A stretch of 64,000 nt of DNA from the human T2T-CHM13v2.0 reference genome, Homo sapiens (GCF_009914755.1 NC_060927.1), one strand, 5' to 3'; counted from the first letter of the stretch, positions 1-17,949 are shown. The notes: a model not told the origin generated them from the sequence alone. Translations and numbers: made by a program.

Positions 1-1582
1 CAGAAATATACCAATGGAAAGTAAAAGGCTTGTGCAGATCCTGTTTGTGTGCTATCAACTCCAAACAGTTTAGCAGCAGTAGCTGTGAAGATTTTTCAAT
101 ACATTCTCATTATTTCTGACTGTACAGTTTTATTGATTTGTTCATCGTAATAATGGATCATTGTTAAATGAAAAAAATAGCAATGACTCAGCATGCTTAA
201 AAATAAAAATAAGGTAGGTCAACAAGTAAAAAACCAAAACAAAGCAAAACCCCAGCAAATTCATCTTTGTATTATTAAATCAACACCAAGCTTTCAATTT
301 TAGCAAAACGGCACTATCCATTACATTATACTTGTTAATTTGAATTAAAACAGTTTTGTAGTTTTGCCTCTGGACAATCACTCTGAAAATACATCATATC
401 CAGGGGAAGGGGCTAGTCAGGCGTTTCACTTCAAGGCTTTTTGTAGGCCACTGAGCAGAAAGAGTGTTAAGACCACAGAGCAGGCACTTCCTGAGGCCAG
501 CTGGACTCTTAATGGGCTACAAAAAGCCTTAAAGTGAGACACTTGACTAGCTCCCCTAATGATAAAACTTTTTAGAACCTGCTAAATGCTAGAAAAAGAG
601 GAAATACTGGGGTCAGCAAGAAAGTTCTACAAAATGGTTAATCCATTTACAGATCACTGGGAATGGTTTGTGTTATGCTAACTTGGCAGTCTGGTATTTT
701 TTTGCGAAAGTACATGATTCCGTAGACAACAGTGGAAGATGTTTTGTGGGCAGACATAGCTTTGTGCTCCTTTTGCTAGCTTAGCCTTAACTCAACAAAG
801 TCTTGATACACACAGACATATTAAGAAAAGGATATGCAGGAAGGTGTTAAGCAAAACCTTTGAATTAGAGAAAAAGCTTTGCACCCCTCCCCCACTCTCA
901 AGTGTGGTCATGGTTTGAGACTGAAAATGAGAGGACAAGTGTAGTGGGCCACAGTTTACTGGGACTTCCTATGTGCAGTGACATTTACATTTTAAGAGAG
1001 GGTCCCTTTCTGCCTTCCACTGCCTTTATTATTTCCCATTCTTAACCTCTTGAGAATTTTTATATTAAATTTTTGCTAAGGGTGGCAGTCAATCCTATCA
1101 AGACAGTGTTTTTGTCTCCTAGAATCTCTACTCTACCCCTCTCAGGAAGAAGTTGGGATTAGGTCTTATCAGCCCTCACCAAGGGATGTCAGCAAGATGG
1201 AACTGGGTCGCTGTGGAGGAAGCACTTGAATAGTAAAAGAAGGAGGAAACCAAGGGAGAAGAAGGCATTGGGTGCCCATTTGAGATAAATTCTGTATGGG
1301 TTGAAGCTGACAAGAGGGGAATAGTAAAGAAAGCTTTGTTCCATCTTCAGGGCTCTGAGAATATTCATTTGATATCAAAACTCTTTGGAACATAATGACA
1401 GAGTTGTGGGAGTGTGGTCTTATTTAAGTTTCACAGCAATACAGTGAGGTAGGGATTATTACTGGTTATTTCTTAAGTTTTAGGAGGAAAGATGAATAAT
1501 GCTTTTTATATGTATTTCTTTTAAAACAAAGGTGTATAAATCATGAGGAGGAAAGACACAAGTTTTAGTAAATTTTCCCATT

Positions 1583-2050
1583 CCCATTTTAGAGTTGAGG
1601 AAACTGAGCCTCAAAGAGATGAGGTGATTTACTAAAGGTCATACAACTAGCAAGTGACAGGGTGAGACTTCGACCCTTATATGCTTTGGCTGTGTCCCCA
1701 CTCAAATCTCATCTTGAATTGTAGCTCCCATAATTCCCACATGTCGTGGGAGGGACCCGGTGGGAGATAATTGAATCATGGGGGTGATTTCCCCCATACT
1801 GTTCTCATGGCAGTGAATGAGTCTCATGAGATCTGATGGTTTTATAAGGGGTTTCCCCTTTAGTTTGGCTCTCTTTCTGTCTTGTCTGCGGCCTTTTGCC
1901 TTCTGCCATAATTGTGAGGCCTCCCCAGCCATGTGGAACTGTGAGTCCATTAAACCTCTTTTTCTTTATAAGTTATCCAGTCTTGTGTATGTCTTTATCA
2001 GCATTGTGAATACAGACTAATACAGACCCCAAATCTATCTGATATTCAGG
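1583..2050 (-). mobile_element. MIR SINE fragment, split by a THE1 LTR
   Basis: MIR core 'cccattttagagttgaggaaactgagcctcaaagag...aaggtcatacaactagcaagtgacag' continues after the LTR as 'caaatctatctga'. Confidence 0.75.
1677..2024 (+). mobile_element. THE1 (MaLR) solo LTR, THE1B/C-like
   Basis: Starts 't(t)atatgctttggctgtgtccccactcaaatctc', ends 'gactaataca'; 5-bp TSD gaccc at 1672-1676 and 2025-2029. Confidence 0.93.
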
Positions 2051-2220
2051 TTGGTTGGCACTTTTCCCTTCACACCATCCTTCCCCCGCTATTCTCTATG
2101 TCTATCTCCCAAACTCTCTATCTGCATTCTTCACTCTCTCCCCTGGATCCATTGTGACTGATGGAACACATGAAAGACAGTTTGGGCACAGCCTGAAACT
2201 CTGTAACTGGGAGATGCTAG

Positions 2221-2355
2221 CAGTGGTCAAAATCCATGACCCATAGGTCTATAGCAACATGCTCTGCCCCAACCCATGTGTACTAAATTAGAATGTCCAT
2301 TTTAGCAAGATCCTTGGGGGGACTATCATAAACATCAAGGCCTGAGAAGTACTGC
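2221..2355. mobile_element. MER5-like hAT MITE relic
   Basis: 'cagtggtcaaaatc...cattttagcaagatcc...tgagaagtactg' termini resemble MER5. Confidence 0.45.
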
Positions 2356-2436
2356 CCAAACCTACTCAGGTAAATCACTACATGGAGATACAAATTTTAG
2401 AGTTTCATCATTATCTTTTAAAAATAGAAAGAAAAG

Positions 2437-2939
<503 letters not shown>

Positions 2940-3042
2940 TTACCATCTCAATTAACAAGTACAACGGATTAGACTGGTTTCTATAAAAGGGTACGAGGCA
3001 GTTGTGATGTTAATGGACTTGCATGGAGACTATCCAGATCAC

Positions 3043-3245
3043 TGTTTGTTGAACACCTCCTGTGTGAAAGGTACGTATTTGACCTCATTTACTCCCCACA
3101 AAATCCTTGTGACATCAGTAAGTCTCTACGTTGCAAGTAAGAAAATTGAGGCCTAGAGAGGCGGAATAACTTCAAGTCTTAAAATTAGTGAGTGCCAAGG
3201 AAGGAACTTGAACCACAATTGCAGGCTCCACGTCAGTTCTTCTCT
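3043..3245 (-). mobile_element. MIR fragment
   Basis: 'gaaaattgaggcctagagag...aaggaacttgaacc' MIR core. Confidence 0.65.
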
Positions 3246-4027
3246 GACTAGTGATCAGGCACAAAGTTTACCCTAGGGAGGATGGGTCCAGAAGATTAAT
3301 TCTGTAATTCCAGGGAATTACAAGATGTAGGAATCATAGTCTCAAAAGTGAAGCTCATGCTCAAGTCACATGGCAAGGGCAGCAAACAGTAGCCTCTATG
3401 GCTGAGCTGACAAGCACCAGAGTCCACTGGGCAGGTGAAATCCATTCTATTTTGTAATGTGATTTGGAGATGTCTATACATAGAAATAAAGTACATTCTT
3501 CCTGTCATCAGGAAGCAGTCCCCATAATAAACAACATCAAATATGCTAGGATCTTAAAAGCCTTTAGGATTTCCAAGAAGTGATCAAATGTTATTTCAGA
3601 GTTCTGGTAATATGAGCGTTCTAGGAAAATGAAACTTTGGGCTTTTGGTTAAATAAAGCATATTGAACACACAGGTTTATTTCCATTTCCCCCAAAATCC
3701 CCAGAATGACTGTAAAGGAATAATAAAAAAAAAAATGTAAGTACTAGAATTCCTATGTTTAGGAAAATATCTTGATGGATTTTAGGATTTTGAAATGTAA
3801 GGACGTCTTAGTTAATTAGAATAGAAGAAAATTTAATTGCACTGGGATATAAATAACATAAATCTCAGAATTGCCCCCTGACTGCTCAAGATGGGGGGAG
3901 TTTGAGAGGTCCTGGGGAAAGAAGAAGCATTGAGATGGAGGAAATCTTGAAGAGAAGATTACTGGTGAGCAGTGTCCCAGGGAAAAGGGCATCACTCAGA
4001 TGGTTCTTTGTGGTGGGGGTGAGTGAA

Positions 4028-4248
4028 TGATATCGTCTGGCTCTGTGTCCCCACCCAAATCTCACCTTGAATTGTAATCTGAATTGTAATCCCCATGTGT
4101 TGAGGGAGGGAACCTCATGGGAGGTTATTAGGTTATGGGGGCAGTCCCCCCATGCTGTTCTTGTGATAATGAGTGCGTTCTTACTTTCCTTTATAAATTA
4201 CCCTGTCTTGGGTATTTCTTCATAGCAGCATGAGAATGGACTAATACA
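4028..4248 (+). mobile_element. THE1D/MST-type MaLR LTR with internal deletion
   Basis: Both termini present ('tgatatcgtctggctctgtgtccccacccaaatctc' ... 'ggactaataca') but only about 220 bp long. Confidence 0.85.
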
Positions 4249-4764
4249 GGGAGGAAGGGGAAAATGTCAAACATTCTATTATTGATGTTTCCTATTCCCT
4301 GCTCTGCTGAAAAAATCTTTCATTTTCCCTAGTTAACCACCTAATAGTTTGGGGTTGGTACTCTGGGAAATGAAGGGGGAGAGGCTATTCCACACTAAAA
4401 ACAAAGCAGGGAGGAGAGAGGGAAAAAAGACTGGGGCATTTAGGGTGATGGGGAGTCAAGAGAACAGGCTCTCAGGATAAGGGGAAGCCAAAGGTAGATA
4501 AACTTCCTCTCCCTGACTCCTTACCCACCATAATTCCAGAATCTTTAGTAATGTAATAAAGACCTGTCATACATCTGTTTGGGCTAATGATGCTCTGAGA
4601 ACTCTCAGATTTGAGCTGTTTCTTGTTTAGGCCCAAGTGGGGTGAACAGAGGAGGCAAGACAGCAAACAGGGCTATTGGCAGGAGGAATTTGGAGGGATT
4701 GGTTGTTATCTCCCTCCTCTGCTATGGAAATTTGCAGCTGGAAGAATTGGGGACACTTAGGCTC

Positions 4765-4935
4765 ATATACAAGGTCTTATTTAATTCATCAATTAATCTT
4801 GTGAGATTAGCATTTTTATCTTCCCCATTTTATAGGTAAGAAAACTGAGGTTGGTTAGTTTCAGTATGTTGTCCAGTATATTGTAGCTAGAAAGTGACTG
4901 AAGAAAAATTTGAATCCAACTATGTGTTTCTCAAG
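4765..4935 (-). mobile_element. MIR fragment
   Basis: 'ccccattttataggtaagaaaactgagg...aatttgaatcc'. Confidence 0.7.
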
Positions 4936-7900
4936 AGTTATCTACAATTTGTATTTTGATTATGTTACATAAAACATTTGCATCTGAGGGGGCCTTTCCA
5001 CCATCATAAAATTGTGTATTTTTAAGGAAGTATTAATGGGCTCCCAAATATTTCCTCTTCACTTTTGCTTCCCATGACCTTTTCCAGCTTGGCAGATGGG
5101 GCATAGGGTAAGGAGTTTTAAATTTAGCATGGTCCTATAAACATTTTCTGTCTTTAGGTTTCTCCCATGGCTTGTGAGAGCTTGGGGTGATGCAGTATAA
5201 GGAGAAAGCCAAGACAGACTCCTCCCTCTATGTCTTAAATAATTGCTCTGCCTTGGGCTTCCAGAGCCTCTGAACAGACAGGTACAGACACCTTCGTCAA
5301 AAAAGTCAAATATTCTTGTGTGTCCTTCTCTTCCCATTTAGACTGAGCCCCAGGGGGAAGAGTAAGGACTATGTGTAGCTCATTTCCTAATCTCCTATGA
5401 GTCAAACACACAGCTGTGTACATTCTGTATGAACAACAAACACTTGTCGAAACTGAATTGAGTTGAACTCTGCTTCCTTACACGTGAATCCATCTCCCAT
5501 GTCCTCAGAGCTTACTGGAAAATGATTGGGAAATAATCCTCTAGACCATGAAGGCTTCATAATAATTCTTTCCATAAAAAAAAAAACTCTAAAAACTTGC
5601 ATGCAGGAATACCTTAACACACCCAATTCTCTGTACAAAATAAACCTATCCCAGAGCCCTCTCTAGATCTCTGCTTTACTGCATCACCATTTACTCTCTC
5701 CATGGTAATGAGATCTTCTGAGTGGGCAAGATGAGTTGAGTATAGCTGCATGGCAGACTGTTCTGGCTCAGGCTATCCAGATAGAGTATAATCCCTCAGT
5801 AACTGTGTTCTTGGCCTTTGCTACTCTACAAGATTATGCTAAGAAAATTAGGTCTAATTTTCTCCCTAGTTCCTCCAAAAAAGAGTAAATCAATCAACAC
5901 AATTATTCCAGAAGCATACTGGTGTAAGTGATTTCCTGACACAAGCACAGCTGGTTTTGGCTACTCCTTGAGGCTTGGTTAGGATTTCACCTCCTAGTTT
6001 TACATTTGCTTGTTTGCTAGGCTTCTAGCTTGTGCAAAAGAATCACCTAACAGCTTTCATCCAAGAACTAGGAATTTCCATCTTTTTGCTAAAATATTAG
6101 AGCACACTATTCAAATGTGTTTTATTTTCAAGGGCAATGATTATTTATAGATGAGTTCATTCCCAATAAACATGACTTGAATGTTATTTATCTAAATTCT
6201 CAGGTTAACTAGAATGAAATAAAGGACTCAGGCAATCTCATAAAAATTTAAAAGGAGTGTTTTATTCATGTCCCTGGGATTTGGTTATATTGTCATCAAA
6301 CTGAAGTTTGTGTTAAAAACCTGCAAGTGTAGGAAATGTCAATCAAAACTTTCAATGTTGCAAACACGATAATAATTCCCACAGGGGAAAAACTCAAGAG
6401 GAAAACTTAGAACAGGAGAGAAAAATTGCTCCTTGGGGCTTAACTAAACTCTTTAGATATCAGACTGTTCTCTGCTCTTGAACAGCATGAACAATTGTTC
6501 TAATTCAATCAGTGGTGAATTTTAACTTTCACCCTAGTGAGGTTGGTTCCCATTCACCATAACCAGCAGGAACTTCATGGGATAGATCTAATGCACACTG
6601 TCCACTTTATCCTCAGAAGGAAATTCTATTCTCTAACCCAAGAGAAGATATCAATCCAAGTGTTTGTAATGGGGAAGGGCACACATTCACTCTACCTCAG
6701 ATCTGGCATTAGACAAAAACCAGGCATACGCATGAATCCATAGGAAAGAGGTTTAGATGAACATGTAAGCCAGTGAGATCCAACTCAGCAGCCTCCTTAG
6801 ACCATTCCAACACTGCAGGATGCAGTACCTCTGCCGTTAACTACAGGCAGGATATGGGTGAGTTTTTTCCACAACGGCAGTCAGCATTTGGGTATTATCT
6901 TCTGTTGCTTCTACTCAAGGATGAACAGGCTGAAAAATAACAGAAACCACAGTATCTAATTACTTGTCAGCAGGAGCTCCCCAAATTGTCTCCCACTGCC
7001 AGCACTCTGGGAGTCAGGCTGTGGGTCTAAGCCTATTTTCCCTCTGCTTAAAATCTTTCCACAGTTCAAGAAAGCATGAAGTCATGGTTTGGCCTTGGCG
7101 GGCCCCTCCAGTCACCCCACCTGACAGTTAGCCCTCTGACCACACCAAACTGCACAAGCTAGGCAGTCCATGCTCCTAGGGTTTTACTCATGCCATCCCC
7201 TAAGACTCAAATGCCTTCCCCAATCCTGCAATCTCCTATCCTGGTTCACAACTAATCAGCCTTCAAACTGGTGCCTCCTCTCTGGTCTCGTGACATGTGA
7301 GCCCAAAGAAAAAAGCTCTGTGCCTGTGTTGTAGAAGGAGTTTCTTACTCCTGTCTTATTCCTTTAGTTCAATATCTTAGGCCCAATTCCTTCTAGACTC
7401 ACTTAAAGAGGGTGGACGTGATGCCTCAGATAACAACCCATCTGTAGCTGATTAGACCTTGCTTGCCAGTTCACTCAGGGCTGTGTCCCATCCTGAGTCA
7501 GGGTGGAGATGCACCCTGTGCAACTGCAACCAGAATCACTGGAGTGTGACGAGTAATTAAAAAGAAAGAAATATGCTAATTGCAGTTTGAGAAGGGACTG
7601 AGATCTGCACTATGCTCTCACAGAAGACCAATAAAAATGATGGATTGCGTTACCTACAGAGTTTTGTTTAACTAAATAAGTTCTGCAAATTTGTGGCAGG
7701 AGCTGCATGTCTCCAGACCCTAGGAAGACAGCCTTAGGCCACCAGTTCTAGCCATTTTCTCTGCCCTGCCCTCACACTCAGCGTTTCCTCTGTGCACACA
7801 TGGAATAAATGTTTAAAAAATATTCATTTGCCTGCCCCGGGCAAGATGGCCAAATAGGAGCAACTCTGGTCTGCCGCTCCCAGTGAGACCAATGCAGAAG

Positions 7901-9164
7901 GTGGGTGACTTCTGCATTTCTAACTGATGTACCCAGTTCATCTCACTAGGACTAGTTAGACAGTGGGTGCAGCCCACGGAGGGCCAGTAGAAGCAGGGTG
8001 GGGTGTCGTCTTACCTGGGAAGTGCAAGGGGTCAGGGAACTTCCTCCCCTAGCCAAGGGAAACCCTGAGGGATTGTGCTGTGAGCAACGGTGCACTGCAG
8101 CCCAGATGCTACTCTTTTCACATGGTCTTTCTAACCCACAGTCCAGGAGATTTCCTCAGGTGCCTACACCACAAGGGCCCTGGGTTTCAAGCACAAAGAT
8201 GGGTGGCCATTTGGGCAGACACTGAGCTAGCTGCAGGAGTTTTTTTATTGTACCCCAATAGCGCCTGGAACACCAGCGAGACAGAACCATTCACTCCCCT
8301 GAAGACAGGGAGCCAAGTGGTCTAGCTCAGCAGATACCACCCCCATGGAGCCCAGCAAGCTAAGATCCACTGGCTTGAAATTCTTGCTGCCAGCATAGCA
8401 GTCTGAAGTCTACCTGGGATGCTCAAGCTTGGTGGGGGGAGGGGCCTTCACCATTACTGAGGCTTGAGTAGGCAGTTTTCCTCTCACAGTGTAAATAAAG
8501 CCACTGGGATGTTCAGACTGGGTGGAGCCCACCACAGCTCTGTAAAGTCTCCATAGCCAGACTGCCTCTCTACGTTCCTCTCCTCTGGGCAGTGCATCTC
8601 TGAAAGAAAGGCAGCAGCTGCAGTCAGGGGTTTATAGATAAAACTCCCATCTCCCTGGGACTGAGTACCTGGGGGAAGGGGTGACTGTAGGTGCAGCTTC
8701 AGCAGACTTAAATATTCCTGCCTGCTGGCTCTGAGGAGAGCAGCAGATCTCCCAGCACAGCGCTCAAGCTCTGCTAAGAGACAGACTGCCTCCTTAAGTG
8801 GGACCCTGATGCCTGTGCCTCCTGACTGGGAGACACCTCCCAGCCAGGGTCGACAGACACCTTATACATGGAGAGCTCTGGCTGGCATCTGGCAGGTGCC
8901 CCCCTGGGATGAAGCTTCTAGAGGAAGGAGCAGGCAGCAATTTTTGCTGTTCTGCAGCCTCTGCTGGTGATACCCAGGCAAACAGGGTCTGAAGTGGACC
9001 CCCAGCAAACTCCAGCAGACCTGCAGAAGAGGGGCATGCCTGTTAGAAGGAAAACTAACAAACAGAAAGCAATAGCATCAACATCAACAGAAAAAAAAGA
9101 CCACACAAAAACTCCATCTGAAGGTGACCAACATCAAAGACCAAAGGTAGATAAATCCATGAAG

Positions 9165-10189
9165 ATGAGGAAAAACCAGAGCAAAAAGGCTGAAAATCCC
9201 AAAAACCAGAATGCCTCTTCTCCTCCAAAGGATCACAACTCCTTGCCAGCAAGGGAACAAAACTGGACGAGGAATGAATTTGACGAATGGACAGAAGTAG
9301 ACTTCAGAAGCTGGGTAATAACAAACTCGTCTGAGCTAAAGGAGCATGTTCTAACCCAATGCAAGGAAGCTAAGAACCTTGATAAAATGTTAGAGGAATT
9401 ACTAACTAGAATAACCAGTTTAGAGAAGAAAATAAATGACCTGATGAAGCTGAAAAACACAGCACAAGAACTTTGTGAAGCATACACGAGTATCAATAGC
9501 CGAACTGATCAAGCGGAAGAAAGGACATCAGAGATTGAAGATTGACTTAATGAAATAAAGCATGAAGACAAGATTAGAGAAAAAAAAAATGAAAAGGAAT
9601 GAACAAAGCCTCCAAGAAATGTGGGACTATGTGAAAAAACCAAACCTATGTTTGATTGGTGTACCTGAAAGTGACGGGGAGAATGGAACCAAGTTGGAAA
9701 ACTCTCTTCAGGATATTATCCAGGAGAACTTCCCCAACCTATCAAGACAGGCCAACATCCAAATTCAGGAAATACAAAGAACACCACAAAGATGCTCCTC
9801 AAGAAGAGCAACCCCAAGACACATAATCATCAGATTCACCAAGGATTAAATGAAGGAAAACATGTTAAGGGCAGCCAGAGAGAAAGGTCGGGTTACCCAC
9901 AAAGGAAGCCCATCAGACTAACAGTGGATCTCTCTGCAGAAACCCTACAAGCCATAAGAGATGGGGGCCAATATTCAACATTCTTAAAGAAAAGAATTTT
10001 CAACCCAGAATATCATATCCAGCCAAACTAAGCTTCATAAGTGAAGGAGAAATAAAATCCTTTACACACAAGCAAATGCTGAGGGATTTTGTTACCACCA
10101 GGTCTGCCTTAAAAGAGCTCCTGAAGGAAGTGCTAAATATGGAAAGGAAAAATCAGTACCAGCCACTGCAAAAAGAAACCAAAATATAA
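9165..10189 (+). pseudogene. L1 ORF1p remnant (stops and frameshifts)
   Basis: MRKNQSKKAENPKNQ...; KRNEQSLQEMWDYVKKPNL...; broken into several ORF-track pieces (9545 stop, 9849 stop). Confidence 0.9.
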
Positions 10190-10252
10190 AGACCATCGAC
10201 ACTATGAAGAAACTCCATCAACTAATGGGCAAAATAACCAGCTAGCATCATG

Positions 10253-14074
<3,822 letters not shown>

Positions 14075-14460
14075 ACAATGAGAACCTATGGGTACAGGGA
14101 CGGGAACATCACACACTGGGGCCTGTCGAGGGGTGGAGGGCAAGGGGAGGGATAGCATTAGGAGAAATACCTAATGTAGATGACGGGTTGATGAGTGCAG
14201 CAAACCACCATGGCATATGTATATCGATGTAACAAATCTGCACATTCCTCACATGTACCCCAGAACTTAAAGTATAATAAAAAATATTATTTTGAAGGGG
14301 AACCAAGTTATTTGCCTTCACGCAGCCCTATCTGCTCAACCCCTTTGACTGAACCACTCATAGAGATTGGCATATGGTCAAATAGTTTAAAAGTTTCTTC
14401 CTGACCCCTAAGCCTTGGTTGCTGTGATTCACTAGCTACCTCTGCAACCCATCTGTCCTA

Positions 14461-14777
14461 TTTTTTCTTTTCTTTTCTTTTCTTCTCTTTTTCTTTCTTT
14501 TTTTTGAGACAGGGTCTCACTCTGTCACTCAGGCTGGAGTGCAGTGGCTCCATCATGGCTCACTGCAGCCTCCAAACCCTGGTCTCAAGTGATCCTCTCA
14601 TCCCAGCTTCCCCTGTATCTGGAAACACATGTGCATGCCACCATGCCCTGCTAATTTTTTGTAGAGATAAGGTCTCACTATATTGCCCAGGCTGGTCTCA
14701 AACTCCTGGGTTCAAACAATTCTCCTGCATCAGCCCCCCAAAATGCTGAGGTTACAGGCTTAGCCATGGAGCCTGTC
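14461..14777 (-). mobile_element. AluJ
   Basis: T/TTTC tail then 'gagacagggtctcactctgtcactcaggctggagtgcagtggctccatcatggctcactgcagcc'. Confidence 0.9.
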
Positions 14778-15108
14778 CTATCCTGTTTTTCAGTTGCCCT
14801 GTTCCCTTCTCCTCATTGCCACCTGCCTCATTTCTTTCCCCTCCACCTTGAGGTTTTCTTTAATACTCCCTCACAGGAGGACTTTTTCACAAGAGCAACT
14901 CATTTCCCTCTGGAGGTCAGCCCCAAGACCCAGTAGACTGGAAAGTTTTACCTGCGGTCTCCCGACAGATACCATAGGTAACCAGGCCTTTTGTCTTTAA
15001 AATAGGTATGGAGAATCTCAACATTGGAGGATAAGTCTGTGAAAAACAGCATTAGGTTCACAAAGTCCTGCTGAAACGGCACTTTAAGGAAAGTTCTCTT
15101 TGAGGATT

Positions 15109-15394
15109 TTTTTTTTTTTTGAGACGGAGTTTTGCTCTGTTGCCCAGGCTGGAGTGCAGTGGCAAAATCTCAGCTCACTGCACTCCCGGGTTCAAGAAAT
15201 TCTCCTGCCTCAGCCTCCTTAGAAGCTAGAATTACAGGTGCCCACCACCGTGCCTGGTTAATTTTTGTATTTTTAGTAGAGATGGGGTTTCAGCATGTTG
15301 GCCAGGCTGGTCTTGAACTCCTGACCTCAGGTGATCCACCCGTCTCGGCCTCCCAAAGTGCTGGGATTATAGGCGTGAGCCACTGCGCCTGGTC
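15109..15394 (-). mobile_element. AluS (Sx-like)
   Basis: Dimer with poly-T; 13-bp TSD ctctttgaggatt at 15096-15108 and 15395-15407. Confidence 0.95.
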
Positions 15395-15534
15395 CTCTTT
15401 GAGGATTCTTTCAGACTAGCATGGCATTGGTTCTGAGTGTTCTTACACATTCGGAAAGTAAAGCATCAAGGTTTACAGTCTGGGCCAGACACGGTGGTTC
15501 ACATCTGCAATTTCAGCTCTTTGGGAGGTCTAGG

Positions 15535-16132
15535 TGTTACTGGAAGGGGGTCCCAATCCAGACCCCAAGAGAAGGTTCTCGGACCTCACACAAGAAAGAA
15601 TTTGGGGAGAGTCCATAGAGTAAGGTGAAAGCAAGTGTATTAAGAAAGTAAAGGAATAAAAGAAAGGCTACTCCAAAGGCAGAACAGCAACATGGGCTGC
15701 TCAACTGAGTGTACTTAGAGTTGTTTCTTGAATATATACTAAACAAGAGGCGGACTATTCATATATTTTCTGGGAAAGGGGCTGAGATTTCCCAGAACTG
15801 AGAGTTCCTCCCCTTTTTAGACTTTATAGGGTAACTTCCAGGCATGGCCATGGCATTTGTAAACTGTCATGGCACTGGCTAATGCATTATAATTAGAGTA
15901 TAATGAGCAGTGAGGATGACCAGAGGTCACTTTCATCCTCATCTTGGTTTTGGCAGGTTTTGGCTGGCTTCTTTACCGCATCCTATTTTATTAGCAGGGT
16001 TTTTGTGACCTGTATCTTGTGCTGACCTCATATCTCATGCTGTGATTAAGAATAACTAACCTCCTGGGAATGCAGCCCAGTAGGCCTCAGCCTTATTTTA
16101 CCCAGTCCGTATTCAAGATGGAGTCGCTGACA
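15535..16132 (-). mobile_element. MER41 (B-like) ERV1 solo LTR
   Basis: Reverse complement of MER41: 'tgttactggaagggggtcccaatccagaccccaagag' ... 'caagatggagtcgctgaca'; 4-bp TSD tagg at 15531-15534 and 16133-16136. Confidence 0.92.
15768..15797. promoter_or_regulatory. Tandem GAS (STAT) motifs within MER41
   Basis: TTCTGGGAA at 15768-15776 and TTCCCAGAA at 15789-15797, both TTCN3GAA; function not shown. Confidence 0.55.
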
Positions 16133-17949
16133 TAGGTGGGAGGATTGCTTGAAGCTAGGAGTTGGAGTCCAGCCTGGGTAACATATTGAGATCCTGTCTC
16201 TACAAAAATAAAATAAAATAAAATAAAATAAAATAAAATAAAATAAAATAAAAAGTTAGAGGTTAGTAAGACTAAATTCCAGGATTTTACATTAAAAATG
16301 GAGGTTTGAACCCTCCACAAACACTGCTAAAATAATAGCAAAAGTTTTAAAATGGTATCAACTAGTAAGAACAAAGAGAATTGCAAGGGAAATATTCTTT
16401 GAAAAGAGAGTTCACCAATTTTTTGGATATGTAGATAGACAAGAGGGAACAGATTAGTATCACAAAGGATAATACAATGTAGTGCCTGTTGGGTGATTAC
16501 TGACAAAACATGTGCCAGACCTGGAACCCCTGAGAAATTGAACACTTGAAGATACTTGCAATTCCAAAATCCATGAAGGTTGGAAAACAGACCAATTCTT
16601 TTTTGGAAAGCTCATTTAGTTGCATAAAGTGGTCTGACTTCACTCATTTGGAGAGAAGCTAACTTGAACTGACACAAGGCTATTTATAACCTTTAATTTT
16701 TCCACTGAATGTGCACATTTACATGCTTCACTGCAGAAATAATAGTATGTTTGAGAAAATTTTATTTATTAAAATGCCAACAAAAATAGTGATATATCTA
16801 TTGGGAAGACAGAAGAGAGGGCACAAGGGGTAAGACTGAAGAATGTAAGAGTTAAATCCTCAACTACCTCAAAAGGAAGTTAAGGCATAATGCTCTAAAA
16901 CTGGTATATTCAGAAATGGCAGTGTAAACATATTATTCAGAAATATGATAGCAAATAACTAAATAGTCCTATAACCACAAAGAAGACTAGGTATCCAAAA
17001 ACCTTTTTTGGTTAACTTCTATCAAACAGTCAAGGCACATATAATCCTAATCTATATGACCTATTTGAGATAATATAAAGAGAAGGGCTGCTTCTCAACT
17101 CATTTAAAGGTGATAGCTTAACTTTAATACCAAAAAACAGGACAGCATGGGCAAGGAAAATTTCAGGCCAGTTATCAGTCATGAACATAGATTTATATTA
17201 CTAGCAAACTAAATCCACTAGTGCATGACAAGAATACTACGTAATGATTAAGTACAGCTAATCCAGCAAAATAACGTTGATTCAGTGTAAGAATTCATGT
17301 AATATGTAACCACCACACTAACTGATTAAGGAAGAATAATCATATGATTGTTTCAGTTAATACAGAAGCATCTGATAAAATTCAGCATTAATTTGCGATT
17401 AAAAAAATAGGCAAACCTAGATGACAAAGAACTTCCTTAATCTGATAAGGAGTGTCTACAAATAACCCACAGCAAATGGCATCATCAATAGTGGAAGGTT
17501 AAAATCTTCTCCTTTGAAGTCCCGAAAAAGGCAAAGATGCCCACCATCACCAAGGACCTTCAATTTTGTTCTGGAGCTCTTAGCCAGGTATGAAAATAAA
17601 GAAACAAAGTTGACATTTTTGCAGATATTTACACAGACAAGTCTGAAGAATCTACAGATACGTTAGAATAAGCAAATTTTATAATTTGCTGGATACAGAA
17701 TGTATAATAGAATATAATATAAGTATATATGTCTTTGCTTCAAATAGATTTATAAACTCGAACAAACTTATTTTGCAGAACTTGACATATTGACTTTAAA
17801 ATTTATGTAAAATTGCAAAGGGCTAAGAATAGCCAAGATAGTCGTGAAGAAGAAGAATGAGGTATGGACTCACCTTACCGGATATCAAGATTGATATAAA
17901 GCTTTGGTAGTCAAGATAGTGTGGTATGAAAACAAGTACAGAACAATAC

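Larger units (their letters stand above)
15483..16253 (+). mobile_element. FLAM_C/AluJ left monomer interrupted by MER41
   Basis: 'ggccagacacggtggttcac...ttgggaggtctagg' [MER41] 'taggtgggaggattgcttgaagctagg...gtctctac' plus (AAAAT)n tail at 16204-16253. Confidence 0.88.

Noticed and set aside
8410-8454. Antisense L1 ORF0 start in the 5'UTR
   Set aside because: The ATG is present but reads MVKAPPPTKLEHPR* with a stop after 14 codons
8967-9545. 192-aa ORF as a novel gene
   Set aside because: It is L1 5'UTR read in frame into ORF1, ending at a premature stop
15109-15534. Closely spaced inverted Alu pair (editing or instability substrate)
   Set aside because: The plus-strand partner is a diverged monomer broken after about 50 bp by MER41
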